A stretch of 64,000 nucleotides of DNA from Thermodesulfobacteriota bacterium (GCA_039714595.1 JBDLJA010000008.1:6565-70564), one strand, 5' to 3'; positions 1 through 9,435 are shown, counted from the first letter of the stretch. The notes: generated from the sequence alone by a model not told the origin. Translations and numbers: made by a program.

Positions 1-143
1 GCGCAGGCGGTGGTGAGCAGCCAGGAGAGGCGCGTTTGGCCTTCGGGGAGTTGGGACGCCAGGCCGATGCCAAAGGTAAAGGCGACGGTGAGATGGATCA
101 GGAGGAAGGAGGGGTGGCAGAGCTTTTGCCAGCTTGGGACCAT
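1..143 (-). CDS. partial CDS (5' end only), putative membrane protein N-terminus
   Basis: ATG at 143 on the minus strand opens a frame that runs off the window edge (MVPSWQKLCHPSFLLIHLTVAFTFGIGLAS...). It has a hydrophobic TM-like stretch. Too short to assign a family. Confidence 0.3.
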   Translation of the reverse strand, partial: MVPSWQKLCHPSFLLIHLTVAFTFGIGLASQLPEGQTRLSWLLTTAC

Positions 144-158
144 GGCTTACCCTTGGCC

Positions 159-194
159 AAAAAAAAATGCCGGCTGAGGCAGCCGGCATTTTTT
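159..194 (-). terminator. rho-independent terminator, bidirectional in form, downstream of the sigma factor gene
   Basis: Perfect 10-bp stem ATGCCGGCTG/CAGCCGGCAT (167-189) with a 3-nt loop. An A-run lies on one side and a T-run on the other. It sits 3 nt beyond the stop at 197. Confidence 0.8.
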
Positions 195-196
195 AC

Positions 197-1498
197 TTAA
201 TCGAGGAAGAATTTCAACTTTTCCCGGCGGCTGGAGTGGCGCAACCGGTTCAGGGCCTTCTTCTCAATCTGTCTGATCCGCTCGCGGGAGACGTTGAAAC
301 GTTTGCCGATCTCCTCCAGGGTGTATTCGGCGTCCTCGCCGATACCGAAGCGCAGGCGGATGATCTTCTCCTCCCGGGGGCTCAAAGTGGCCAGGATGCC
401 GGTTACCCGGTCGGCCAGTTCATGGTTCTTCACCGCCTCGTAGGGCGAGATAGCCTCCTGGTTTTCCAGAAAATCGCCCAGGGTGGAGTCATCATCGCCC
501 ACTGGCGTCTCAAGGGAGATGGGCTCCCGGGAGGCCTCCAGGATGGCCAGGATCTTGTCCATGGGCAGGCCGGTCTTGGCGGAGATCTCCACCGGGGTGG
601 GCTCCCGGCCCAGTTCCTTCAAGAGGGAATAGAAGGCCTTGAAGAACTGGCTGCGCAGTTCCAGGAAGTGGACCGGCAGACGGATGGTCCGGGTCTTGTC
701 CAGGATGGCCCTGGTAATGGCCTGTCTGATCCACCAGGAGGCGTAGGTGGAGAATTTGTTGCCCTTGGTGTAGTCGAAGCGGAACACGGCCCGCATCAGC
801 CCCAGGTTGCCTTCCTGGATCAGGTCGGCCAGGCTCAACCCCTGGTGCATGTAGCGTTTGGCAATGGAGACCACCAGCCGCAGGTTGGCCTTGATCATGT
901 TGTCTTTGGCGCCCTCGATGGAGCGGGTGTAAAGACTGATCCGGTGGTTGCCATACTCCAGGGGCGCATTGTCAGGATTCTCCTCGACAATGGAGAGCAT
1001 GGTCCGGCGCATGTGGTTGAGGTGCTGTTTCTTTGGCTTTAAGGTGGGGTCCCGTTTCTCCCACAGGTCGATGCGCTCGGCCAGCATCCCCACGGCCGGG
1101 ATCTCCGACTGGTCGGTGCGGATGGTGCGGATGATGGAGTCAAAGCCCTCCCTGATGGTTTTGGAGTACTTCTCCTCCTCCTCAGGGGTGAGCAGCTCAA
1201 AGCGGCCCATCTCGCGCAGGTAGGTGGTGGTGGTTTCCTCCACCTCTTGGGGGGGCTCCAGCTTGTTCTCACCACTGCCATCGCTGTCCTTGTCGTCACC
1301 ACTTTTGCCTATGGCCTTCTGGGCCTCAGGGGGCAGGACGGTGACTATTTCGATACCGTTGGCGGTGAGGAAGTCAAGGATCTGATCAATATAGGTAGCA
1401 TCCTTGTCCAACGGAATGATGTCCGTGAGAAGGCCGATGCTGACACACTTGAATTGCTTGCCGAATTTAAGCAGCTTTTCTTGAATTTCTGCTGGCAC
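197..1498 (-). CDS. RNA polymerase sigma factor, sigma-70 (RpoD/SigA-like) family
   Basis: 433 aa. Region 2 reads DLIQEGNLGLMRAVFRFDYTKGNKFSTYASWWIRQAITRAI. Region 4 HTH reads TLEEIGKRFNVSRERIRQIEKKALNRLR. Shorter and more divergent than a typical primary RpoD, so group 1 versus group 2 is unresolved. Confidence 0.85.
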   Translation of the reverse strand: MPAEIQEKLLKFGKQFKCVSIGLLTDIIPLDKDATYIDQILDFLTANGIEIVTVLPPEAQKAIGKSGDDKDSDGSGENKLEPPQEVEETTTTYLREMGRFELLTPEEEEKYSKTIREGFDSIIRTIRTDQSEIPAVGMLAERIDLWEKRDPTLKPKKQHLNHMRRTMLSIVEENPDNAPLEYGNHRISLYTRSIEGAKDNMIKANLRLVVSIAKRYMHQGLSLADLIQEGNLGLMRAVFRFDYTKGNKFSTYASWWIRQAITRAILDKTRTIRLPVHFLELRSQFFKAFYSLLKELGREPTPVEISAKTGLPMDKILAILEASREPISLETPVGDDDSTLGDFLENQEAISPYEAVKNHELADRVTGILATLSPREEKIIRLRFGIGEDAEYTLEEIGKRFNVSRERIRQIEKKALNRLRHSSRREKLKFFLD

Positions 1499-1752
1499 AG
1501 GCAGATTTCTCCTATATGTATAAGGGAAGTGGGGGGCCGGCCAGAGGGGTTATACTTACACGGCTTGGCGGGCCTGATCTTACCTGGCAAAATAAAAAAA
1601 TATTTTGCAAAATAAGCACTTCCTGTGCTTAAAAATTTAAATGGTAAATAAAGTGCCAGAAGGCAAAAGGCTTTTGGCACGAAACAGAACATTTTAACCA
1701 CCATTTCTTTCTTTCGCAACCATTTTTGCGAAAACCCCCTGGAGGTTTACCC

Positions 1753-3243
1753 ATGGAAGGTCAGCGGCACTCTGGTATCCTGCTGCACGTCACCTCTCTG
1801 CCCGGCCCTTATGGTATCGGTGATATTGGCAGTGGCCTGGAATTTGTCGATTTCCTGGCTGCGGCCGGACAGCGTTGCTGGCAGTTTCTGCCCACCTGTC
1901 CCACGGCCGCGGCCTTTGGCCATTCCCCCTACATGGGCCTCTCCGCCCTGGCCGGCAATATTTTGTTTATCAGCCCGGATCTCCTGGTGGACCATGGCTG
2001 GCTGGCCCAGGAGGATATCGAGCCCCTGCCCCATGTCGCCACGCCCTTCACCGTTGATTTCCAGGCGGTGACCGCCTATAAGGAGCAGCTTCTCCTCCTG
2101 GCCCACGGCCGCCTGACAGAGGAGAAGCGCCAGGTGTTTGCTGAGTTCTGCGCCGGCCAGCCGTGGCTGGACGATTACGCCCTGTTCATGGTGGCCCGCA
2201 ATCACTACCAGGGAGCCTGGTCAGACTGGCCCGCGGAGCTGGCGGCCCGCAAGCCTACAGCCCTGGCGGAATTGGCCGGACGTTTTCCCCGTCAGCTTGA
2301 ACTGGTGAAGTTCGGCCAGTTTCTCTTCTATGAGCAGTGGGCCCTGCTTCTAAAAACGGCCCGGCAGCGGGGGGTCCGCCTCTGCGGCGATATCCCCATC
2401 TATGTTGGCCACGATTCCAGTGACGTCTGGGCCAACCAGGACTGTTTCCTTCTGGATGACGATTTTTTACCCAGCGTGGTGGCCGGCGTCCCCCCCGACT
2501 ACTTCAGCGCTACGGGGCAGCGCTGGGGCAACCCCCTTTACAGCTGGGAGACCCAGGGAGAGAAGAATAAAAGACTCTACGACTGGTGGCGCCAGCGTTT
2601 CGCCATCATCGGCCAGCAGGTGGACATGGTGCGTATCGATCACTTCCGCGGCTTCGAGGCGTACTGGCAGGTGCCGGCTGAGGAGGAGACCGCCCTGAAC
2701 GGCACCTGGGTCAAGGGGCCGGGGCGCCAATTTTTCAGCGATCTGGCCGAGGAGCTGGCCGATGTTGCCGTCATTGCCGAGGATCTGGGAATCATAACTC
2801 CGGAGGTTACGGCCCTGCGGGACGCTCTGGGCTATCCTGGGATGAAGATCCTCCAGTTTGCCTTTGATTCGGATGAGCGTAACCTCTACCTGCCCTTTAA
2901 CGTTACGGAAAACTCGGTGATCTACCCAGGAACCCATGATAATGATACCGCCCTGGGCTGGTACATGGACGGGGGTGTGGCCCAGCGCAGTAAGGATCGT
3001 CTGCGCCGGTTGGCCAACAGTGACGGTTCCGCCGTCCACCTCGACTTTATCCGCCTGGCCTATGGCTCGGTGGCTAACTTGGCCATTATCCCTTTGCAGG
3101 ATGTGTTGGGTTACGGCTCCGATTGCCGGATGAACCGGCCCGGGACCAGCCATGATAACTGGCTCTGGCGCGCTGGCGAGGTGTTCAGCTCTGATCTGGC
3201 CAACTTCCTCCGGGAGGAGGCCCGTTTCTATAACCGTCTCTGA
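1753..3243 (+). CDS. malQ: 4-alpha-glucanotransferase (amylomaltase, GH77)
   Basis: N-terminus GILLHVTSLPGPYGIGDIG, plus VRIDHFRGF and PGTHDNDT motifs typical of MalQ. Start moved from the TTG at 1726 to the ATG at 1753, which has GGAGG 7 nt upstream. Confidence 0.9.
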   Translation: MEGQRHSGILLHVTSLPGPYGIGDIGSGLEFVDFLAAAGQRCWQFLPTCPTAAAFGHSPYMGLSALAGNILFISPDLLVDHGWLAQEDIEPLPHVATPFTVDFQAVTAYKEQLLLLAHGRLTEEKRQVFAEFCAGQPWLDDYALFMVARNHYQGAWSDWPAELAARKPTALAELAGRFPRQLELVKFGQFLFYEQWALLLKTARQRGVRLCGDIPIYVGHDSSDVWANQDCFLLDDDFLPSVVAGVPPDYFSATGQRWGNPLYSWETQGEKNKRLYDWWRQRFAIIGQQVDMVRIDHFRGFEAYWQVPAEEETALNGTWVKGPGRQFFSDLAEELADVAVIAEDLGIITPEVTALRDALGYPGMKILQFAFDSDERNLYLPFNVTENSVIYPGTHDNDTALGWYMDGGVAQRSKDRLRRLANSDGSAVHLDFIRLAYGSVANLAIIPLQDVLGYGSDCRMNRPGTSHDNWLWRAGEVFSSDLANFLREEARFYNRL

Positions 3244-3315
3244 CCAGGGGCTAACCCTCTCTTCCGTCCCCAGCCATTAGCCGGCTTGGCCTTGACTTTT
3301 TTGGCTCATATTTTC

Positions 3316-3344
3316 TTGACAAGCGGCATGGCCTGGGGTAAATG
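3316..3344 (+). promoter_or_regulatory. predicted sigma-70 promoter for tRNA-Glu
   Basis: TTGACA (3316-3321), 17-nt spacer, TAAATG (3339-3344), about 20 nt upstream of the tRNA 5' end. Confidence 0.55.
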
Positions 3345-3365
3345 AACCTCTCTCAAAGAGAACAT

Positions 3366-3440
3366 GGCCCCTTCGTCTAGCGGTTAGGACGACGGCCTCT
3401 CACGCCGTAAACAGGAGTTCGATTCTCCTAGGGGTCACCA
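3366..3440 (+). tRNA. tRNA-Glu (anticodon CUC), CCA encoded
   Basis: Hand-folded cloverleaf. Acceptor GGCCCCT/AGGGGTC, anticodon stem ACGGC/GCCGT with loop CTCTCAC (anticodon CTC), T-arm GGAGT-TCGATTC-TCCTA, and 3' ACCA. Confidence 0.9.
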
Positions 3441-3450
3441 TTGTTTCAAA

Positions 3451-3486
3451 AGGGTTTAGCTAGTTATAGCTAAACCCTTTTTTTTG
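3451..3486 (+). terminator. rho-independent terminator after tRNA-Glu
   Basis: Stem AGGGTTTAGCTA/TAGCTAAACCCT with loop GTTA, followed by a T8 run. Confidence 0.85.
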
Positions 3487-3840
3487 TTTTACGGGGGGAT
3501 GTTGGCAACCCCCTATCTTCTCTCTCTGCCCCTTCCAGGCCGAACCGCAAGTTACCCGCGAATCTCTGGACAGCAGCCGCTGGCCGGCCCGCCCTTTTCT
3601 GAGAACTGCCACCGCGCTGCAAAAGCTGGGTAGCCCCTTCGGCTATTCCCCCCCCCTCTGCCACTTCGCCTTATCCCCACCCGCGTGATCCCTGTTCTTT
3701 CTTCGCTATAAAAAATATGGTTTTAACGCATAAATTCAGCTGGGTAGTAGTTTTTCAACGGCCTGTTGAGCTATACTCAAAGCTCTATATCTGTGGGACC
3801 ACTTGCAATTAATCTTCATTGATACCCTCTGGAGACACCT

Positions 3841-4143
3841 ATGCCGCAAAAAACGAAAACCCCCCCTGCTGCCAAGAAAGCAGCCCCTTCAGCTGCTGCT
3901 GAAGGCAAGGGTAAGAAGAAGCTCTATAATGTTATTTTTTTTCATGACTGGTGCAAGGCGTGTGGGCTCTGCACGGCACTCTGCGCCAAAAAGATAATCT
4001 TAACTGATGAAACCGGCCAACCCTATATCGATGAGATGGATAGCTGTGTAGGGTGTCGTTTTTGTGAAATACATTGTCCAGATTTTGCAATTACCATTAA
4101 GAACAGGCACCCGGAAAGGAGAAAGACAGATGGCAGAAAGTGA
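3841..4143 (+). CDS. korD: 2-oxoacid:ferredoxin oxidoreductase delta subunit (2x[4Fe-4S] ferredoxin-like)
   Basis: 100 aa. Two Cys clusters, CKACGLCTALC and CVGCRFCEIHCP. Lys/Ala-rich N-terminal tail. GGAGA RBS. Overlaps the next gene by 14 nt. Confidence 0.75.
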   Translation: MPQKTKTPPAAKKAAPSAAAEGKGKKKLYNVIFFHDWCKACGLCTALCAKKIILTDETGQPYIDEMDSCVGCRFCEIHCPDFAITIKNRHPERRKTDGRK

Positions 4144-5272
4144 ACAGGTTAAACGGGTTCTTCTTCAAGGCAACGAAGCAATCGTTGCCGGAGCCCTTGC
4201 TGCCGGCTGTCGCTTTTTTGCCGGATATCCCATAACCCCCGCGTCTGAAATTAGTGAGCTGCTCTCGGTAAAATTGCCCGAGGTTGGCGGGACATTTATT
4301 CAGATGGAAGATGAAATCGCCTCCATGGGCGCGGTTATTGGCGCATCCCTTGCCGGTACCAAGGCCTTGACCGCTACCAGTGGCCCGGGGTTCTCCTTGA
4401 TTCAAGAAAATCTTGGCTATGCCTGCGTGGCTGAAGTGCCCTGTGTGGTGGTGAATGTTATGCGGGGTGGGCCTTCCACGGGCCTCCCCACCAGTCCGTC
4501 CCAGGGAGATGTGCAGATGGCCAGGTGGGGGACCCATGGCGACCATCCCATCATAGTCCTCGCGGTCTCCTCTGTTGCCGATTGTTTCTCGGTAACCGTC
4601 AAGGCCTTCAATATGTCTGAGAAGTATCGGATTCCGGTAATAATCCTTTCAGATGAAGTGGTGGCCCATACCCGTGAGGCGGTCGCCTTACCCGAAACAG
4701 AAAGAATTCGCGTCATTGACCGGATATCCCCCGATGTGCCGCCGGAATGGTACAGGCCATACGCTGACAACAATCGCGGTGTCCCCGACATGGCTGCCTT
4801 TGGTGACGGCTACAGGCATCATGTAACCGGACTGATCCACGATGACCTGGGCTATCCCACCCAGGATCCCCAGGAAGTTGAAAAATTTTATAAACGTATC
4901 CATGGCAAGGTCTCCAAAGGTTTCCAGGATATTCAGGTTACCAGGGACTATCTTATGGAAGATGCTGATATCTGTGTCATTGCCTATGGATCTGTTGCCC
5001 GTTCCGCCTTAAAGGCGATTCGCGAGGCGCGTGAGCAGGGGGTTAAGGCTGGATTGGTCCAACTTGTGACCCTTTTTCCATTTCCAAGAAAAAGTGTTGA
5101 TACCTATCTGCGCCAATGTCGGGTTGCCATTATTCCGGAGATGAACATGGGGCAGATGAGCAGAGAGATTTCCAGGGTCAACCAGGCAGACTGCAGAGTA
5201 ATCAAACATAACCGCATTGATGGACAGTTAATCAGCCCTGGCGAAATATTAAAACTAATTGTTAAAGCATGA
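4130..5272 (+). CDS. korA: 2-oxoacid (2-oxoglutarate-type):ferredoxin oxidoreductase alpha subunit
   Basis: LLQGNEAIVAGALAAGCRFFAGYPITPASEI is typical of KorA/PorA. Start set at the internal ATG 4130, which has a GGAGA RBS, rather than the track start at 4064. Confidence 0.85.
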   Translation: MAESEQVKRVLLQGNEAIVAGALAAGCRFFAGYPITPASEISELLSVKLPEVGGTFIQMEDEIASMGAVIGASLAGTKALTATSGPGFSLIQENLGYACVAEVPCVVVNVMRGGPSTGLPTSPSQGDVQMARWGTHGDHPIIVLAVSSVADCFSVTVKAFNMSEKYRIPVIILSDEVVAHTREAVALPETERIRVIDRISPDVPPEWYRPYADNNRGVPDMAAFGDGYRHHVTGLIHDDLGYPTQDPQEVEKFYKRIHGKVSKGFQDIQVTRDYLMEDADICVIAYGSVARSALKAIREAREQGVKAGLVQLVTLFPFPRKSVDTYLRQCRVAIIPEMNMGQMSREISRVNQADCRVIKHNRIDGQLISPGEILKLIVKA

Positions 5273-5325
5273 TTACCTGCTGGTTATCTGCTGGTTAAAC
5301 CTGATGAAGAGAAAGGAGAGCTGAA

Positions 5326-6207
5326 ATGCTGGAAAGCGCTGAAATAATCAGACAGGAATATCTGCGGCATGACAAAAAATTCCCCCATGTATGGTGCCCG
5401 GGCTGTGGCAATGGCATTGTTATGGGAGCCTTACTTCGCGCGGTCCATACCCTGGACTTAAGTAAAGATGAAGTGGTTCTTGCCTCTGGCATAGGTTGCT
5501 CGGGCCGGATGCCCACCTACGTTGATTTTAATACTATTCACACAACCCATGGCCGGGCCCTGACATTTTCCACCGGCATCAAGTTGGCCCGGCCGGAACT
5601 TACGGTTCTCACCGTCATGGGCGATGGCGATGCCACCGCCATTGGCGGCAATCATTTTATCCATGCCGCCAGGCGAAATATTGATCTCACCGCCATCATC
5701 ATCAATAATTCCACCTATGGTATGACTGGTGGCCAGTACTCACCAACTACTCCTTATGGTTCTAAATCAACCACCTCCATCTATGGTCATGTGGAACACT
5801 CCTTTTCCATTGCCGAGCTTGCCGTAACCGCTGGAGCTTCTTTTGTGGCCCGGGGAACGGTATATCACGCCGCCCACCTTGAACAGCTAATCAACCAGGC
5901 AATCAGTAAAAAAGGGTTTTCTGTGGTTGAGGTGATCTCAAACTGTCATGTCCAGCATGGCCGGAGAAACAAGCTTGGCGGAGCGGTTGAGATGATCAAC
6001 AGTTTTAAGGAAAATGCCGTGACGGTTGGTAAGGCCGAGAAGATGAGTGAGGAAGAGCTTGCCGGGAAATTTACCATTGGCGTCCTGGCAGATGTGGACA
6101 AACCCCTATCCACTGAGCAGTACCAGCGGGTTATTGCTGAAGCGAGGAAAAATGCTGTGAAGGCTGCTGAAGAAAAAGAAAAAACTAAGGTTAATCGTTA
6201 TGAGTGA
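5326..6207 (+). CDS. korB: 2-oxoacid:ferredoxin oxidoreductase beta subunit (TPP-binding)
   Basis: WCPGCGNGIV, GIGCSGR and GDGD motifs. AGGAG RBS. Confidence 0.85.
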   Translation: MLESAEIIRQEYLRHDKKFPHVWCPGCGNGIVMGALLRAVHTLDLSKDEVVLASGIGCSGRMPTYVDFNTIHTTHGRALTFSTGIKLARPELTVLTVMGDGDATAIGGNHFIHAARRNIDLTAIIINNSTYGMTGGQYSPTTPYGSKSTTSIYGHVEHSFSIAELAVTAGASFVARGTVYHAAHLEQLINQAISKKGFSVVEVISNCHVQHGRRNKLGGAVEMINSFKENAVTVGKAEKMSEEELAGKFTIGVLADVDKPLSTEQYQRVIAEARKNAVKAAEEKEKTKVNRYE

Positions 6208-6790
6208 TGAGAGGTATGAAATCAGATTCAGCGGCTCAGGAGGTCAGGGTATTATCACCGCAGCCGTGGTTCTTGCCGATGCAATCGGATCTTTTGACAA
6301 TAAATACGTGTGCCAGACCCAGAGTTATGGTCCCGAGGCCAGGGGGGGGAAGAGTAAGGCTGAGGTTGTTATCTCCAATTCACCCATAGATTACCCCAAG
6401 GCCCTGGAGGTTGACCTCCTCCTTGCCATGACTCAAGCGGCCTGTGACGCCTATTTTTTTGATATCAAGCCAGAGGGATTACTGGTTGTGGATAGTGGCC
6501 TTGTTGAGCAGTTGCCAACCAGTCGCGCCGTGTCAATCCCATTCACCCATATCGCCAGAAAAGAAATTGGCAGAGAACTTGTGGCAAACATGGTGGCCCT
6601 CGGGGCGGTTGGCTACCTCTGTAATCAGGTGGGTCTTGGCAGTCTTGAACAGGCCCTGCTGGCCCGGGTGCCCAGGGGGACGGAAAAAATGAACTCCGAG
6701 GCCTTGCAGGCTGGCATCGAGGCCGCGAGAAGTATTAATCTTGACTCATTACCCCGTTCAGTCCTCTCTGACTGGGATGATGAGTTGTAG
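6200..6790 (+). CDS. korC: 2-oxoacid:ferredoxin oxidoreductase gamma subunit
   Basis: RFSGSGGQGIITAAVVLA matches the gamma-subunit signature. 8-nt overlap with korB. Confidence 0.8.
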   Translation: MSDERYEIRFSGSGGQGIITAAVVLADAIGSFDNKYVCQTQSYGPEARGGKSKAEVVISNSPIDYPKALEVDLLLAMTQAACDAYFFDIKPEGLLVVDSGLVEQLPTSRAVSIPFTHIARKEIGRELVANMVALGAVGYLCNQVGLGSLEQALLARVPRGTEKMNSEALQAGIEAARSINLDSLPRSVLSDWDDEL

Positions 6791-6864
6791 GGGTAGTGAA
6801 GGCAGCTTTTTCCCTTGCCCTGCCAGGCGGCCCTGCAGGGGGGGGCTTTATTGTTACTGTTCAA

Positions 6865-7048
6865 GGTTAAAACCTTCGCCTTAGGCGAATAACAGCGCAG
6901 CGGTGTCTGTTTTGCTAGCAGCTGATTTTTTTGTTTGAAAAACGAATATCGAGGTCACCAGAAATATCGAATGATGAAGGGTGGAAGATATCTTAATTAA
7001 TAAAGAAAGTACCTTCCTTCGACATTCGACATTCGATATTCTGCGGTT
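6865..7048. repeat. structured intergenic repeat, type 3, copy A
   Basis: Aligns block by block with 36992-37136 (GGTTAAAACC.., GCTAGCAG.., CGAATATCGAGGTCACCAGAAAT.TCGAA, ..TCTTAAT..AAAGAAA.GTACCTTCCTTC..CTGCGGTTT). Contains nested inverted repeats (CGAATATCG/CGATATTC; GAAGG..GGAAG/CCTTCCTTC). Confidence 0.8.
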
Positions 7049-7054
7049 TTCCTG

Positions 7055-7088
7055 GACTTCTCGGAGTCTCGCTGCTCTCGCTTACCTG
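7055..7088. repeat. inverted fragment of the type-2 repeat core
   Basis: The reverse complement, GGTAAGCGA[GAGCAGCGA]GACTCCGAGAAGTC, matches AGGTAAGCGAAGACTCCGGGACTTC at 58918-58942 and 61315-61339 apart from a 9-nt insertion. Confidence 0.6.
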
Positions 7089-7170
7089 TCCGCGAAGCTA
7101 AACCCACCTGCTTGCATCTGCTGGTTGTTTAGTTTGTCTGGCGATAATCTTGCCTGCCGCCAAAGACCCC

Positions 7171-8310
7171 TTACCTCTTGCAACTCTCCACCTGGCGCGC
7201 TTCCAGGTTGAACACCTTGGTGATCGCCTCTTCTATGGATACCCCGCGCTCAAACCAGCGCCGGAAACAGTTGGCCTCAAGGCCCCACTCTTCATGAACC
7301 AGTTCAAGCTTGCCCCGTATCTCGCCTAAGAACTCGGTTAAATCCTCCTCGCTGTCCGCCTCGGAGTAGATCATATAATCGCAATGCTTGCGAAAGAGCA
7401 TGATGGAGCCATCGTAGTTGACCCGCCTCTCCCGGAAACGGGCAATTGTCTCGCGCAAGCGCTGACCGATCTCGTCATGGACCTGGTTGGCAACTATAAA
7501 GCCGTGCTCCTGTTGAAATCTGCCAAAATCCCTGAAGTTGATCAGTTGCAGTTCAAAGCCGGCGGTGCCGGTCTCGCCCAGGTGCTGCAGGTCGTCCAGG
7601 ACCAGTAAATAGCGGTAGTTATAAAGCTCGCTTATGGTATCCCGGAAGAATGAGTCGCGGCGGAAATGTTCGATCTCCTCCATGAAGCCGGCCGTGGGGT
7701 AGAGATAGTCCGACTCCGGGGCGAGATCATCGCCGATACTGATCAGGGCGGCCACCGCCTCCCTGTCAAGATGATTGTCCTTTGCCTCCTGCTCCAGGAG
7801 CTGGTGGGCGATCTTGCTGGTGAGGGGCTTTTTATAGGGCCTTTTGGCGGTGAGGGCCTCGAAGACATCGGCCACGGCCGTAATCCGCGACAGGAGATCG
7901 ATCTCCTCGCCCTGCAGCCCCAGGGGATAACCGCTGCCGTCAAGGCGTTCATGGTGGCGCAGGATAATATTGGTGATCTTGTCGTCGCTCACCCGTTTGG
8001 CAAAGAGTTTGGCCCCGATCAGGGGATGATACTCCATTATCCGCCTGTCCTGGACATTGAAGAGATCCGGTTTCAGGAGGATATCATCGGGGATGGCGGT
8101 CTTGCCGATATCATGGACCAATCCTGCCAGTTCCAGGATGTGCAACTCCTCGGCCGGCAGGCCCATAACCGCGCCAATCTCCTTGGCGATCGCCGCCACC
8201 CTGGTGGTATGTTCATAGGTCGGATAATCACGGCCGGCCAGGATCTCACTCATCACCTCAAAGAGGTCCTTAATGAGGGTATATTTCCCGAAATTGAGCA
8301 GTTGGTCCAC
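7171..8310 (-). CDS. HD-GYP domain c-di-GMP phosphodiesterase with C-terminal degenerate GGDEF-like domain
   Basis: HDIGK and HHERLDGSGYPLGL motifs lie in the N-terminal half. The C-terminal half has a GGDEF-fold-like pattern, but RKHCDY occupies the GGDEF position. Confidence 0.8.
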   Translation of the reverse strand: MDQLLNFGKYTLIKDLFEVMSEILAGRDYPTYEHTTRVAAIAKEIGAVMGLPAEELHILELAGLVHDIGKTAIPDDILLKPDLFNVQDRRIMEYHPLIGAKLFAKRVSDDKITNIILRHHERLDGSGYPLGLQGEEIDLLSRITAVADVFEALTAKRPYKKPLTSKIAHQLLEQEAKDNHLDREAVAALISIGDDLAPESDYLYPTAGFMEEIEHFRRDSFFRDTISELYNYRYLLVLDDLQHLGETGTAGFELQLINFRDFGRFQQEHGFIVANQVHDEIGQRLRETIARFRERRVNYDGSIMLFRKHCDYMIYSEADSEEDLTEFLGEIRGKLELVHEEWGLEANCFRRWFERGVSIEEAITKVFNLEARQVESCKR

Positions 8311-8313
8311 TCT

Positions 8314-9435
8314 TCAGCCTTTCTCGTTCCGGCGGGCCTTATTCCGCGCCTTCATGGTGTACATCTCCTGGTCGGCAATCTTGAGCAACTCGTCAATATC
8401 AGTGCTGTCTGCCGGATAAACACTCATGCCGATACTGAGCATAACGGTAATATTAAACCTCTGGCAGGCAATTTTTCTACTTAGGGTCTGCAAGATCTTC
8501 TCCTTCAAGACATTGGCGTCATCATTGGCCGTGACCCGGAAGATGCCGACAAATTCATCACCGCCGAAGCGGGCAATGATATCATCCTGGCGGATATTGG
8601 CCTTGAGATCTTCGGCCACCCGTTGCAAGACCTGATCGCCTACGTCATGGCCATAGTCGTCATTAATCGCCTTGAAGTCGTCCAGGTCGATGAAGGCCAC
8701 GACAAACATCGATTGCTGGCGACTGGCCTCCTTGAGGCGTTGCCTGAGATGTTCCATCAGAAGCGACCTGTTGGCCAGACCGGTGAGGGGATCATGGCCG
8801 GCCACATGCTCCAGCTTTCGCTGCAGTATCTTCAGGTCTGAGATGTCGCGGTTGCTGCCGCGAATGCCGATATTTTCACCCGTGCTGCTTTTGACGGTGC
8901 GGCAGACGTGGTGGATCCACTTGCGCTCTCCCGCCTTGGTGCGGATCTCAAACTCAATGGGCTCCACCACCCCGTTTTCAGCCCTGGTGTGGCTGTGCTC
9001 CAGCCACCTCTGCCAGTCGTCGGGGACGATGATTTTTTGCAGCAGGCCGGGGTTTTGATAGAACTCATCCGGCCCATAGCCCGTTAAATTCTCACAGGAG
9101 GGCGAGACATACTGATAATTACCATCTTCGTCCTGCCAATACTCCCAGTCATTGGCAAACTCCGAGATAACCCAGAGGGTCTCCTGCTGTTTGAGGAATG
9201 ACTCTTCCATGGCCCGCAACTTCTCTATCATGGCCTGCAGGTCTGAGATCGTTTCCTCAACCTGTCTCTTATGGACGGTAAATTTCTTCATATCTTTTTT
9301 GTAATGATTTCCGGCAGAGATGGCAATAGTTGCTTCAGCACCCAAGCCCGCTGCCGCTGCCGAAAATGGTAAGGCCAAATTGCTGGCGCCAAGGGGTGAC
9401 GGTTGGATTTGACCCCAATTAATAGTCTCTGCCAT
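8314..9435 (-). CDS. PAS domain-containing diguanylate cyclase (GGDEF)
   Basis: RFGGDEFVGIF active-site motif, upstream DPLTGLANR, and a PAS-like region (YVSPSCENLTGYGPDEF). 3 nt upstream of the HD-GYP gene. Confidence 0.85.
   Translation of the reverse strand: MAETINWGQIQPSPLGASNLALPFSAAAAGLGAEATIAISAGNHYKKDMKKFTVHKRQVEETISDLQAMIEKLRAMEESFLKQQETLWVISEFANDWEYWQDEDGNYQYVSPSCENLTGYGPDEFYQNPGLLQKIIVPDDWQRWLEHSHTRAENGVVEPIEFEIRTKAGERKWIHHVCRTVKSSTGENIGIRGSNRDISDLKILQRKLEHVAGHDPLTGLANRSLLMEHLRQRLKEASRQQSMFVVAFIDLDDFKAINDDYGHDVGDQVLQRVAEDLKANIRQDDIIARFGGDEFVGIFRVTANDDANVLKEKILQTLSRKIACQRFNITVMLSIGMSVYPADSTDIDELLKIADQEMYTMKARNKARRNEKG

Noticed and set aside
134-1042. 302-aa ORF on the plus strand overlapping the sigma factor gene
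   Set aside because: It lies entirely antisense to a gene with clear sigma-70 motifs. Its translation is low-complexity G/L/A/Q/P with no motifs. This is a typical shadow ORF of GC-rich DNA.
3470-3664. 64-aa minus-strand ORF between tRNA-Glu and korD
   Set aside because: It overlaps the tRNA terminator hairpin and a C9 run. It has no RBS and a Gly/Ala/Arg-rich product. It is treated as non-coding upstream region of the kor operon.
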